Shown here: positions 1 through 13,060 of the stretch, one piece after another
Layout: every line of letters starts with the position of its first letter
Numbering within the stretch: the first letter of the stretch is position 1
Origin: Tubiluchus corallicola
Taxonomy: Eukaryota > Animalia > Priapulida
DNA: 64,000 nt
NCBI GenBank assembly: GCA_030141605.1
Contig: JAQGDQ010000048.1
Span: 558,001-622,000 of the forward strand
Direction: 5' to 3'
Notes under the pieces: generated by a model
The model's database searches: none
Told to the model about the DNA's origin: nothing
Seen by the model: the letters and a program-made list of their open reading frames with translations, nothing else
Translations under genes and position numbers: made by a program

Positions 1-722
1 CTGTTTGTAGTGAACTGAACCCAGGCACATACAACTTTTAGCACAGATTTAAATGGTAAACATGTTAAGGGCAGGTTTAAACTGCTAGTTATGCAGATCT
101 GTTATGCAGTAAATAATCCCTGAAGCCATCTTCAGTCTAGAGGCAAGATTCAACTTGCTAAATTGGCATTGCTATGCTAAAGTAGAATTAAACATCTTTA
201 ATGCATACAAGAGAAACAAGATGCTTAAAAAATAACATGTTAAAAATATTAAAGAAACTTTTATAAAAGCCATATATGTTTCGCTTTCCTTGTGCCAAAA
301 TGTACAAACATGTAAATGACAATAGCTACATCCTTCAGCACAGAAGCTGCTTTTAAGGCCCATTTCACACAGAGGACGGGTAGCAAAATTTCTGGAGGAA
401 AAATTCCTTGTGGCATTCCTCTAACAATGAACACATTGTTGTCGATGGCTAATTTCAAAAAGTCGCCTCCTCATGAGGAATTCTGTTGCGTACTATAAGC
501 TCTGCATTCTACGTGTGAAATGAGCCAGAAACGGTGTTGGCACTTGAATTTTTATTTATTTTGCATGGTATGTAATTGTTAAAGGTCACTATTGTTCACT
601 CATGTAGGCCTAGAGTATATATTCCAATGTTTAACGACAGTTGCATTAATTGCATGTACACTTGGAGCAACTTAACGCAATATAGCAACTTTTGTATCAT
701 ATTTTGTCTTTCTTTACTGTAG

Positions 723-3700
723 AGTCATCAAGTAAAGTGGTCTGGAATCTGTCCCTGTGCTAAGTTCTTTCAAAACCAATGGAAAACAGATACCAGATAT
801 GTAAGTTCACGCTCGTAACCTTTTTTTCATGTATATTTTAGCAGGTAGATTCGCGTAACGAATACTGTCAATTACTACCCACGGACAGAAAGTAAACACA
901 TCAATGTTGGGTTGGTTTGGGTGAGTTAGTTGACGCAAATTTGGGTTAGTAACAGCACGGACAATTACTTGAGAAGTTGCTACATTATACCTCTATTCAA
1001 GTTCTGCAACTAAGAAACTTAATTGCAGACTTAATGCTCGAGTAACAAAGTATTAAAATAAAATTTATGTTGAAAAAATGGTAAAAAAAATTTAAAACTC
1101 AGAAAACCCTAAGTAATATCATTAAAAACATTCCGTAGATCCCAGCTCAAAGGCTACAAAGCAAAACTTCCTTATTCTTGCCTAAGGCTTCTATAAAATA
1201 GGGAAACCAATAACTACGCAGTTCATGTTAGACCTTTAGGAAAGTAGATGTTGTATGGGTCCATTGAAGGTTATGGCAATTGTGTGCGGTTGATTATGTC
1301 ACCAACAACTTCCAATAAGATTGTATATATTTATTATTCTTGCAGAGATCTTGACACAAACAACATCCAGGAAGTGGAAGCATACTCATTTAAAGGAGTC
1401 CGACTTCGTCAGCTGTACGTATTTCTGTCGCTTTGAATTATTTACTAAAAGCAGCATGTTGAGACTGCCGGCTGGTAAAGCTGTAAACATATACAGTTAC
1501 ACCATCAAGAAGAAATGTGGTCAATACAGAAAGCAGTTTGCATTTTTACAGCTTTACTGAGGAAAGGCACGAGTGTTGACAGTTTTACTTTTTGCATATT
1601 GAACACGCATGACTAATTCTGCATTTGGGTTTCAACCAAAAGTAAGCATCTAGTTGAGGCTTATATTTGAACAAGCTAATTAACTCATTTGTATTGCAGG
1701 CGTTTGGATAACAACAACATTCGTATCATCAAAAACCATGCTTTTAGTGGGGCGAAGATAAGCACTCTGTAAGTTTTCTAATGTGAGAGACTGATTTAAA
1801 AGTATTTGTAAGGATTATATACAGCAAACTGGCACATGGTTCAGTGCCGATCAAGAATGAATAAATCTTATATAATGTAATTAAGTACATAACTTTATCT
1901 AGGCTTACATGTATCCGTGGGTCAATGTATCACATACTGACGTGGTATTACGAAAAGATTGATGAACTAAACTCTCGTCTGTAAAATCTGCAGGAATTAT
2001 TGATTAGCACTACAGCATTCTGAATTAATGTTGAGTGGAGCAGAATGTGAATAAATACTGTGTATGCAAGAATTAGGTAACTACTGACAGTGCAAAAGAG
2101 AGAAGTAGTACCATTTTACAACATAAATAATTTATGATGACGCAACAACCAAAAAAGTTACAAAACTGATGATTTAAATGAACTGGAATGTACTTGAAAA
2201 GAAGAAATAGGGTGAAAATGTATGATGAATGGAAGAGTGTGAAACAAAAATAATGGCAAAAAATAAAGTGGAGTTGAATGAGATGGCAAAAACAGGCCAA
2301 TTTCATACTTAGACGAAAAGCACATTTTATGTATTACCAGTTCGCGTAACTTGTTTCTTGTTATTTTTCTGAATAAATGTGTTGTATTACATGTTAGTTC
2401 ATTGTTATTATATTTATGGTCCACTGTGTGTTACAACATAACAAGATTTGCAGAATTAACAAAATTTCAGTGGAGTGAAGAAGTTGAAAAGTAAAATAAA
2501 ATAAGATTAAGTGGGACAGCATATACATTTTTAACAAACGTTTTTTATGTTATACAGGAGCATCAAACATAACAGAAAATTAGAGATAATGGAAGAGAAC
2601 TCCCTTGCTGGTATAGAACATCTTACACGCCTGTAAGTGATCAGACTGCCGATGCAGATTAATAATGTGTGTCATTTTGTTACTTCCTGTTACATCTTTT
2701 GTATGATTTCATATCAACCAGTGATCCTAATTAAGATTTCTTTATGCTTTGGCAAATTGGCAGTAAATCTATGGTTAACAGTTTTACAAACGGTAGGTCT
2801 AATGTGATAAAACATTGCAAGTGTAATAATTACTTTACATTTTTGAAAAAACTTATTTTATTTGCAGACATTTGTCCGGTACTAGAATCAAATCGTTGCC
2901 TGTTTCGGGGATGCAAAACATTGAGGAGTTGGAACTAGAGGAGTTGCCCACCCTGAAGCAACTGCCATCAGTATTCAAGTTTGAGAGGATTAAGACAGCT
3001 AAACTCACATTCAAATTTCACTGTTGTGCATTTGAGAATCCTGAAAAGGTTATCTTCATTTTCACAAAAATATTGGATTCACTAGTTATAGTAAAAATGA
3101 CAGCAAGATGTATGGTATTGAATAACAATATTCGTGGTTATTTAGTATGATCATTGCTGCATATTTTTCCTTCGCAGAAAAACTAAAATTAAGAATTCTC
3201 TTAATAATCAGATGTCATAAAGTTCACATAAACTTTGCTATGGCATGCAATCCCATGTCAACAAGTAAAAACTACAGCTTGTAAAACAATTTTATTGTAT
3301 GCCTTGTAAATTCTTGAATACTTTTATCACACATGTAGATTCATAAAATCTTTATCTACTATTTGCACAATTTCTAAACTATATATTTGGATGTCTTGCT
3401 TACAGGCCAGCCCTGCCGAATTTGAAGCACAAATGAACAAGCTTCGCCAAAAACAGAAAGAACTATGCGAAAACAACACACCCGCCACAATGGAGACATA
3501 CACTGAGTCTACCATGGGACGGTTCATTCAGAAAGTTCGACGAAGCATTTCACCATTACAAGGCATAGATTTCATTCAAGGATTTGGATTTGGCAAAATA
3601 GATAATAACGGTTCGATACCGCTGATTACCAGTTCAGCAGCACCTACACTTGGTCACGAAATATGGAAGAAAGATGAAGTATCTTTGCAAGATTTGGACA

Positions 3701-5106
3701 CAGTGTGCCTGAACCAAACTGCTGTACAAGTGCACCGCATAACAACATGTTTGCCCGAACAGGATAGCTACAGTCCTTGCGAAGATGTGATGGGCTACCA
3801 ATTACTCCGAGCAGCAGTTTGGTTTGTGAGCATTACAGCTCTGTTGGGAAATCTTACTGTTATTGTTGTGCTTTTGAGCAGCACCTTCAAAATGAATGTG
3901 TCCAAATTTTTAATGTGCAATCTAGCATTTGCAGACTTTTGTATGGGTTTATACTTATTATTGCTGGCAGCAATCGATGCCCATACACTCGGTGAGTATT
4001 TTAACTATGCGATAGCATGGCAGTGGGAGGGTGGATGTCAAATCGCTGGATTTTTAACAGTTTTTGCAAGTGAATTGTCAATATTCACTCTAACCGTTAT
4101 AACCATTGAAAGGTGGTGTGCAATCACTTATGCCTTACATCTGAACAAAAGGCTAAAGCTTGGACTAGCTAAAAAAGTCATGGTGATTGGATGGGGATTT
4201 GCCATCATTATGGCAACACTGCCTCTGATAGGTGTCAGCAGCTATTCCAAGACCAGCATCTGTTTACCGATGGATGTAGGTTCTATATGGGGACGGTGTT
4301 ATGTTGTGACATTGTTAATAATCACAATGATTGCATTTGTGATTATTTGTTGCTGCTATACCAAAATGTATTGTTCGATACGTGGCCATGAATCCACTGC
4401 AAGCAGTGGAGATGCAACCGTAGCCAAGAGAATGGCATTACTGGTGTTTACAGACTTTGCTTGCTGGGCACCAATAGCATTTTTTGGCTTGACTGCCGCT
4501 AGCAGTTCACCACTTATTGGAATATCCGAATCAAAAATTCTTCTTGTTTTCTTCTACCCATTAAATTCCTGTGCAAACCCCTTTTTGTATGCTATCATGA
4601 CAAAACAATTCCGTCGTGATTTTTTCATTCTTTTGAGCAAGTATGGAATTTGCACAGAAAGGGCGCTTCGACACAAGAGTGAAGGTTACTCTCAGAACCA
4701 TCCGTCACGAACAAATTATAGCGTGAACTACCATACTAACCGTAACACCTCTAATGGAACAGTATTAGCTTTTATAAGCCGAGGTTCAAAATCCTCGATA
4801 AAGTACGAACCGGAGCAGGTCAATAGTCCAAATCCTTGTAAGTCCTCTCCCACAGATGAAAAAGAAACAAAAAAATTAAGTGTTGTACGTGAAATGTCAA
4901 CTGGTAGTAATAAAGACCCTGATACAGTCAACTTTATAGCAACAACAGAAGCTGCTGCTGACTGCAGTACCTCCCCTGAAAATATAGAACTCTTGTCAAT
5001 TGAAGACGGCAAATCAAAGGTGAAGGCAATGCAATTAGACTATAAAAAGGGATCAAGATTATTAGGCAGTTCTAGCCAAGATGAAATACTCCACGAAAAA
5101 GTGTAA
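723..5106 (+). CDS. LGR1: Type-A leucine-rich-repeat GPCR (glycoprotein hormone receptor family, TSHR/FSHR/LHCGR-like; invertebrate LGR1), 5' exons outside window
   Basis: Phase-2 LRR exons with GT-AG boundaries: 723-800 (contains in-frame TAA, see findings), 1346-1414 (DLDTNNIQEVEAYSFKG), 1700-1768 (RLDNNNIRIIKNHAFSG), 2558-2632, 2868-3048 (LTFKFHCCAF). Terminal exon 3406-5106 has hinge YSPCEDVMGY, FLMCNLAFADFCMGLYLLL, ITIERW, KRMALLVFTDFACWAPIAFFG and NSCANPFLYAI, all family hallmarks. Confidence 0.93.
3406..5106 (+). CDS. LGR1: Terminal exon of LGR1-like receptor: hinge, 7TM domain and C-tail
   Basis: ORF 3391..5106; acceptor ttacag at 3405; seven hydrophobic helices with ERW and NPFLY motifs; stop TAA 5104-5106 directly followed by AATAAA (5107-5112). 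Confidence 0.96.
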   Translation, partial: ASPAEFEAQMNKLRQKQKELCENNTPATMETYTESTMGRFIQKVRRSISPLQGIDFIQGFGFGKIDNNGSIPLITSSAAPTLGHEIWKKDEVSLQDLDTVCLNQTAVQVHRITTCLPEQDSYSPCEDVMGYQLLRAAVWFVSITALLGNLTVIVVLLSSTFKMNVSKFLMCNLAFADFCMGLYLLLLAAIDAHTLGEYFNYAIAWQWEGGCQIAGFLTVFASELSIFTLTVITIERWCAITYALHLNKRLKLGLAKKVMVIGWGFAIIMATLPLIGVSSYSKTSICLPMDVGSIWGRCYVVTLLIITMIAFVIICCCYTKMYCSIRGHESTASSGDATVAKRMALLVFTDFACWAPIAFFGLTAASSSPLIGISESKILLVFFYPLNSCANPFLYAIMTKQFRRDFFILLSKYGICTERALRHKSEGYSQNHPSRTNYSVNYHTNRNTSNGTVLAFISRGSKSSIKYEPEQVNSPNPCKSSPTDEKETKKLSVVREMSTGSNKDPDTVNFIATTEAAADCSTSPENIELLSIEDGKSKVKAMQLDYKKGSRLLGSSSQDEILHEKV

Positions 5107-7281
5107 AATAAACTTTTCTAGATGCACAGCATTAACAAAATTTTCACTATCTCACATGTAACAGCAATTCAGCAGTCTAATATGTTTAAGTGCAATGACA
5201 AAAAAACTTAACAGTTTACCACTGATGACAAAGGAAAAGCTGCTAAGTGTTACAAGTAGATCAAATTTTGAGCCACCAACCGTAGGCTCAACATAACTAT
5301 TCTTGTTAGTCTTTTTTGATATGGCCCCAAAAAGAACAATTTAATCTTATTTTTTCAACTATAACTAGTTAAATCATATCAAACCAAAGCTAATTTCTAA
5401 AACTGGTTAGTGGTTGCATCTTAGCAAACAGAAAGTATTAAGTATAGAGGGTTGGTTGTGATAAAAACTATAACTCTAGCTCTCACATGTTGCCATTTGC
5501 ACTTGACTGGTGAAGTTGTTGGGTGGACATTTAGTACAAAGCTCTAGTTTTAAATCCAAAATTCAGTTCACAGGCTTCCATCATTTTCCTAGTTCTTAAT
5601 CCTGAAGTCATAAGTTTTACAAATCGCTCCATATTGACAGCAAAATGGTAGTTCTTCACATGATGAAGAACGTTATTTTAATAGTGACGTGAACTACTTT
5701 TTCTTTGAAGCAAAAATTAAATACACCTTAGCAAAATTATAGGAAAAAAAATTTATACTAAAAAAAAACCCATCAGTCCAAAAAAGTATGTAACATGAGA
5801 CAAAATCAAAAACTTAGTTTGAGAAAGTTGTTTCATATCATTTTCATGTTTGAGCTTCCAGTCCAGAAGTTCAAACATTAAAATTATATGCAAGCTACAT
5901 CATTAAAAGTAAGATATGGCAAAAGCTAAGAGGAATCACTAGCAAAAGTAAAGTGCCAGTAATGCTGAGTAATGCACTATCTGTGTCTTTGTAACATGCA
6001 CATGCATAAATTAACAAAAAATATGTGTGATATGGTCTACCATATAATTATGTAGATAATATTGTATATATAGGTGTTTAGATAGCACTGGCTAGTGGCT
6101 ACAGCATACCAGTAACAGAAACTAAGCTAGCTATAAAATATTTAAATTCATACTGGTATTTGCTAATACTGTTAAATGTGATTTAGTTATACAGTGTAGT
6201 ATATTTCGTTAAATAATTAAGAATTATATTTAATGTTGTAAATAAAAACCATGAAAAGTTTCAACCAGCTATATAAAAAGGTAGTGATTACACTATTCTG
6301 CACTAATTTGTACCATTACTTTTTTATCCAAATGAGCCACCAGGCACTCTGGCTAAAAAAATTTGTTAATTTACATTAAGCGGTTAGCTCCTAATCTTTA
6401 CATAAGGAACGGAGAGGTCCGAGAGTGAATTTACTGCACTAACACAAGCGAGTCTAACGGAGATGATGAGGTTTCAAAATGGAAATGGAAACTTACAAAA
6501 CCAGTTGATACGTTCAACTAGCTGTTGAGATCAACTCAGGTGATAAACACACAGGAACACATTACATTGCAAATTCTCAGGCAACACCATGTGACAGTGA
6601 ATGTATTCAACAACTTGTTTAGATAATTTTTAAAAAGTTTGTTATTCTAGTATCACTCCAAATTAAGATTGTCACTAATATGATTGACAGTTGCGTCCGG
6701 TTTATTCAACTGGGCAAATAACCTTGGTTGTGTTTGGTTGTGTTATGCTTGGATTACTCGAGAATGATTAGATTTTGCAACCATGAATGAACCATAAACA
6801 ACAACTAAAACATTTGGACAGAAAAATTTTGGCGATACCATTAAGTTCATTATACAGAATGCATACAACAGCTCCACAACCAAGACGATCTTGAATGCTC
6901 ACTCTGATCACAGCAAATATATATATCACGAACAATTTCCTTGCAAGACACTTGCTCTGTGAACACAATGTCTCTAACAACTTCTAAACTACATGAGATC
7001 TTTTAAAAGGAGTAACACCTCCTTCAACAAAGTCAAAAATACAAAATTGTCTTTTCTAACTCACTTCACGGCAGTGACCATATCTAAAATGGATTTTGTC
7101 AAATTTTTAATAAAACGTCAATGAGAAATATACGTTAATGCCAATAGTTCACAACAAAGCAGTCTTAAATCAGTCATCAAGTGCCTCAATAGCAGGTGGA
7201 CACTCTGCCAATGATTCCTCTAATATTACAACCAGGTAATGTAGCACATTAAAGGCTGCGATATTCTAGTCAGTACTAACA

Positions 7282-10200
7282 TTAGTCGTTTGAGAAATCC
7301 TTTTTTGTTTTCTTTCTATGGAATTTCTTAGCTTTCTCTGCACTTTCATTGATTCGTTTTTGCATTATTTCAATCTGCTCGTCGGGGCTCCTCTTTCTGA
7401 AAATAAAGAAATTTGCAAAATGCTTTACAGAATGCCCAAACAGAATCATAGAATCATTACCTTTCAGTGCCTTTTAATTTTAATTTCTCTCTTGAAGCAC
7501 TTTTCATATAAGTTTGCTCAGAAAAAACAATTTATGGATGAAGTTTAGATGCTGACCAACAATTTATGTAAATGAGTCAGCATAATGTGAGCTGTGTTCA
7601 CCAGTAGCTTAATTGGTAGATTTTTCACACTGAAAGTGCAAGCTGTTGGTTCATGTCCTGGTTTGTAAAAATTCTTTAATTATAAGCCAATAGTAAATGA
7701 CTTGTGTCAGTGATGTTCCTCTTAATATGTGTGTGTGTGTGCACACATGCGCGTGCGGGCATGTGTGATTTGAGGCTTTCTAACCAGGTATTCTTATCAT
7801 TGAGTGATTTTACTAAGCCAAAAGAAGGTAAAGAATGATAAAAACAGATAAAAGTATTGATATACCACAGAACTGATACATTAATGTACAACAACTTACT
7901 TGACTTCATCTTGAATTCTCTGTAATACTGTGCTATTTTCAAATGACTTTTTGTCCAAATTTGAGAGTCTTTGCTCAGCAGTATAGCTGAAATGAAACAG
8001 CATTTCATTTATTACATACATTGCCATTTTAATCAGCAGTCATAAAGAATTAACACAAGAAGCTTATTAGGAATTCTGATAACTAAATATCAAAAAACTA
8101 ACTCTCGAACAATATTTACAATTATCATGTAATATACGTCTTTTAATATACATGTAAAAATATTGAAATTATCACGAAACATATGCTCACAAAATGGCTT
8201 ACCTTTAAAAATGTAAATCATATTTGAAAAAATGACTTAAGCTGGTGGACAGCTGGAAGGAATGGCATAACAAAACTTATGCAGTGTAATTCACCCAGAG
8301 TAAAGCCAATTCTAGCTGTTTAAATCTTTGTGTTTAGCTGTGTTCATGTAAACACTATTCATCAGATCAATTATGAACAACTTTAAAATGATTACATAGC
8401 TTCTATCCACAGGATTATACATCAAAGTACCTATAGCTAATCAAATCAGGCTACAAGCATATAGTAGGTGCAAGACGGGTTTCTGATATCCGGTGTTATT
8501 TATAACTGAGAGAGAGCCAAATCTACGCTGCGTTCATGCTTATGCGCCCTCTATCTACTCCCCTACTTCAGCAGCCTTTTTGGATCGTTTCTCGCAACAT
8601 TTGGTACATACTGAACCAACTCCGTCAAATACATGTATTTTTTGAAATGAACTTCAAAATAAACGTTTATTAAAAAAAACTAACATTTATATGAATACTG
8701 ATTACATGTAATACATGTGTACTTGCATAGCAACATCGTCCGTAAGTTGGCAATTAACCTTTTCTAATTATTCACATACTCTGAATCTCCATTTCATGAG
8801 GATTATTTTGATACCAAGCTCATCGCTCCATGTTATTTTTTGGCTAAGATAATCCACATAGAAATTGAGGTGCAGATTATGCACTGAAAGATATAATCTT
8901 GAGAAAATCGCTGTTAAAGTCAGCCATTGTTTTTTGTTGCATCTCTACAAAACACTTAGCAACCACACGAATGTGTAGTTGCTATGGACTTTCCAAAAGC
9001 ACATTGAAGTTATGTTTAAATACAATAGATGGCTCTTCCGGACAAAGATCTGCGCTTCTCAACAGAAAAAGCCAAAGAAAAATGACTGCTTCCACGAGCC
9101 ACTATCGGAGTTTGAAAATACAAGTTTTTTTTACAATTGCATTACTAACTTTTAACCAGAAAAGTGGGTACAAGGTTATAAAATTTGATTTTTAGTATTT
9201 TTTGGCCATTTTCTTGATAATTTGATGCTCAAATATAAAAGTCCAATATATTTAGCATTGTTTTTATAAAAAACAAAAAATAAACATTAAATTTTGACCA
9301 AATTTTTGATGCATTCTACTTTGAAGCAGCATAACGTAGTTTTAACTATGTCGACTTATGGACGGTTTTGGTTTGCAAGCACACATATGTACATACGTCC
9401 ATTATGGGCATAATATGCACAGTGTTTGTGTCGGTTTATACATGTACATAGTTTTCATGTTGTTCACTTGCTGGCAAAACAGTCAGTGGCCTTTTTCTGA
9501 GTTAATTTGGATGCAAAGATGTTACCGGCAAACTATTTCGCTCCCTGGTAAACAACCATTGCAGATGGCGTTAATCAAGTTTAAGGATGAAAAAACTATT
9601 TTGTTATCGAATCCTTTATATGCGAGGAAATTTGCTTGATTTCTATTGCATGGGACCTAAACAGTCGTCCCTTATAAGCGAAAGTCCCTTATATCCAAGT
9701 ATCTTATATGCGCACATTTTTGTAAGGAAAAACTTTGCAAAAAATTGAAACCGGCTTTGGTGGTCGATTGACCTTTATAAGTGAGTACCTTATATCCAAG
9801 ATTAACTGTAAATATTCTGTTACTTTGTCGGGGTTAATTAGCCAAGTTGGAGATTATTAATTTTATTGTCGGTAACTGGTTTTCACTACACAGCACATAA
9901 CGACATTCATCAAAAAGCAAAAAAGAGTATTAATAATATTTTGTTTAACATTCTGGATTGTTCATAACTGATATTAGTAACTGCAGCTACAAAAAAGTTT
10001 GCTCAAGCATCTAGTGGGACAAGTGTTTATACTGCATGGAAACAGAATGACATAATTTTTCATTCAAAATGAGTGTACCCAAATGCGAAATGAATGCGCA
10101 GAAGGTGCTTATCACAATTTTATTGCTGAAAATTTCTAACATTTTCTTCAATTAATAAAATAAGGTCAACCTCCCAAGAGCTTTGGGTTTCCCTTAACAA

Positions 10201-12619
10201 CCAGGACTAATTCATAAAATTTTATCAATATAATTTGTAAAAAAATTACTTTGAAACATACCTTCGAAATCTTAGGTTACTATAATTTGCTATGCCGACG
10301 AAAATAATGATAAATAAAACTATGACGAAATTTGGAAGTCTAGAAATGCCAGGTACTCCATAATAGTTACGCTGACGTGTGAATGGATCATCTCTTTCTG
10401 GACGAAAATTCCAGTATGCATCATCTCTCCAATACTGTGGTCCATGTTCAAAGCTAAATAAACATACAGTAAAACCTCTTTACACCGCCTACTTTGGGAC
10501 TGCAAAAAACTTGATTTTAAGTGAGTTTGGCATTATAGAGCAGTTCATTAATACATACATGTCTATGCAAATACAGACATTATATGGACGTTAAACAAGG
10601 TTGGCATTATAAAAGAGGGAGGTTATAACGAGGTATGTGACTCAACAAAATTATCTCTGTGCCAAAGCCATTTTAAAAGTGGTCAATATGCTAATCATAA
10701 AATTCTTATACATAATGCACCACGCCATTATGGTATAAACGAGGCTTTCTCAAATGACTTGAATACAGTATCTCAATGGCTAACCAAAAACAAATCACTT
10801 TTAAACCTGGTGTAAACTAATGTCATGGTCTTTGAAACTTAGTAAAACTTACCAATTTTTGATCAGCCTGACCTGAAACTATCTAGCATATAATAGAAAA
10901 TATATTCAAGAAAATAATTAGGCACAGCTTCTAATTTGGTTATTGACAGCAGCCTCAAATTTGCACAAAACTCAAAACTTACTGCTTAAACATACAACTA
11001 TACTCATTTGCAATTAATACATTTATAATAATTATTCAATTCTCTGACTCTGAATATCCATTGTCCAAGTGACACAGTATTGACTATTGAGAAAAATACA
11101 AATTCGGCATAATAAAGCAGCCAGAATGGTTTTGGAGTAGACATGAGAGCATATGATATATTGATATGCATAAGAAACTAAACTGGTTACCACTAGAAGA
11201 TCGTAGAATGTTAGATTCTACAAATAAATAAGACCAAAGGTAAAAGTTTGCAACAAATTTAACATTATTCCTTGTTTACAAACCTAGTACAAAAATAAAG
11301 TCTTACTCATCTATGCCAGATGGACGATGAAATGGTCCAGAACCCCACGTAGATCCATATGGACTTCCAGTGTACTGCTGATATGTAGAATAATTGTCTG
11401 GCGTGTGGCCATGTCTTAGACCATAGTCATAGAGCCTCTTGGTTTTAGCATCACTTAGAATAGTGTAAGCTTCATTCAGCTGAACAAATTTATTATGCAT
11501 GCTAGGATCATTGCGGTTCTTATCAGGATGGTACTGCAAGAAATGTTTATACCATGGTTCACAAATACATATGTAAAATACTGTTAATATCGTCATTACT
11601 TTTGTAAACGAGATAATCTACACTAATAGAAAGGGGATTTCAATCGTTTTGGCATAAAAACTGCTGTACAACAGCAAAAGAATATTACAAACCTTTTTGG
11701 ATAACCGAAAGAAAGCAGTTTTGATTTCGGCCGGAGATGCATCTTTGTCCACACCAAGAACATCATAATGGCATTTGTATTTCACACTGCAAAACATTAT
11801 TAAATTTACACTGCTAACCTCATGGTTTCTCACTGAACCAGTTCTATGCATAAAATGAAATGCATAAAAATTATTCAGTTATACAATCATTTGCTCTAAA
11901 TATTAAATTACGGAACAAACAGTAAGCTCGAAATTTAAAAAAACTGAGGATAGGCCTGTTTTGACTTATCTAAAGAATGAACTTAATTTCATTACTACCA
12001 ATAAATGCTTCTATGTACAGTAATGATTATAAAGCCAGTCAAAATGGTAAAAAAACAGGAAAAAAATCAATACCAAACTACAAAAATTAGGTGTTACAGC
12101 ATCCAAACAGTGGCTCTCTGTTAGTATCTCAACATGCATTTTCTCCTTTCAAAACACGTTATTTTTAAGTGCACATATGAGTAATAAGTATTAAGAAAAT
12201 GGATGAGAAAACATTATTACAGCGATGTCCGAAAGTTGCCAGATGCCATTGTTAGTTACTACAACAGTTACTATACAAATATAGTTTTTCTGATATAAAT
12301 AATGCTAATTTTTACCATGTACATCATTAGCAAAACTGTCAAAACATAATAAGGAAAAATTGGAAACTGGGGTCTACGGATTCAGTAACCTTGAGTCCAA
12401 TCATTCTAGGCCTGCAACACTAAAAGTACTACTCTACGAAGTTACAATAAGCAGTCTTCTTGACAAAAGTAAGAAGTAATTATTATGTAACAGCCAATCA
12501 TCTTCTGCAGTATTTTAACTGGCTCACCTGTGGAAAACCAGACATCTCATCCATAATTTGTGAAAAGATAGGTTTCTACATAAATACTTATGGCAGTCAA
12601 AGAGCCATCCAGGGTGCAT
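7282..12619 (-). CDS. DNAJC4: DnaJ homolog subfamily C member 4-like (J domain plus one TM helix)
   Basis: Phase-consistent minus-strand exons: 12619-12528 (MHPGWLF...VFH, least certain), 11786-11693 (HYDVLGVDKDASPAEIKTAFFRLSKK), 11533-11307 (YHPDKNRNDPSMHNKFVQLNEAYTILS, HPD motif), 10453-10262 (YYGVPGISRLPNFVIVLFIIIFVGIA, TM), 7986-7900, 7396-7282 (stop). Minus-strand AATAAA at 6701-6706. Confidence 0.85.
7600..7665 (+). other. Degenerate tRNA-like sequence / tRNA-derived SINE head
   Basis: A-box-like TAGCTTAATTGGTAGA, B-box-like GGTTCATGTCC, ACCAG/CTGGT closing stem, CAC-TGAAA-GTG arm; T-arm poorly paired. Confidence 0.35.
10467..10750. mobile_element. Degenerate Tigger-like MITE
   Basis: Starts TA-CAGTAAAACCTCTTTA; partial inverted copies (TATAACGAGGT, TAAACGAGGCTTT) downstream. 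Confidence 0.45.
10750..11230 (+). mobile_element. Decayed L2/Crack-like LINE fragment in DNAJC4 intron
   Basis: NDLNTVSQWLTKNKSLLN, NKAARMVL and MHKKLNWLPLEDRR on the + strand. Confidence 0.65.
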
Positions 12620-12914
12620 TCCTGTCAATGACTCTCTTGTTAGTTAACTATTTCATTTAGCACCTGTAATAAAGTTAATAACTTTCTTATTTCTATCAAA
12701 ATATACTATATCTAGAATTAAAATACATTTAAGTTATAAGGCAGTGTCTGGTGTATAGGAAAAAAGGTGCCAAGATTATAAAAAACCTTCTTGTAACTTT
12801 TTTCCAACATCATAGTTTGCTCTGAAAGCCGTTACCAAAGCTGAAATGGCCATAAGGAACTAAGTTAGTTTACCTAATCCTAAATGCTAGACCTTCATTT
12901 TAGCAGCTCTAGCA

Positions 12915-13060
12915 CTTCGAAAAAAGTATTCAGTCATAAACGACTGGCATTCCCTCAGTACGGAGCACTACAAGAACAGATCAATTCAAGAAGAGATCGG
13001 ATATGCATGGGGAAGACAATTCCGCAAAGTTATACGATCTGTTCCAGACCGAGTGGACTC
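12915..13060 (+). mobile_element. CR1-type LINE 3' end fragment
   Basis: VINDWHSL...FKKR.D..W-like remnants on the + strand. Confidence 0.45.

Noticed and set aside
733-735. Genetic-code reassignment of TAA
   Set aside because: No other in-frame stops in more than 40 reconstructed exons, and TAA terminates both the LGR1-like and DNAJC4-like genes.
12211-12249. Alternative DNAJC4 first coding exon MASGNFRTSL (minus strand)
   Set aside because: Phase fits but the donor (CT|GTAATA) is weaker than the CAG|GTGAG donor at 12527; unsupported without RNA data.
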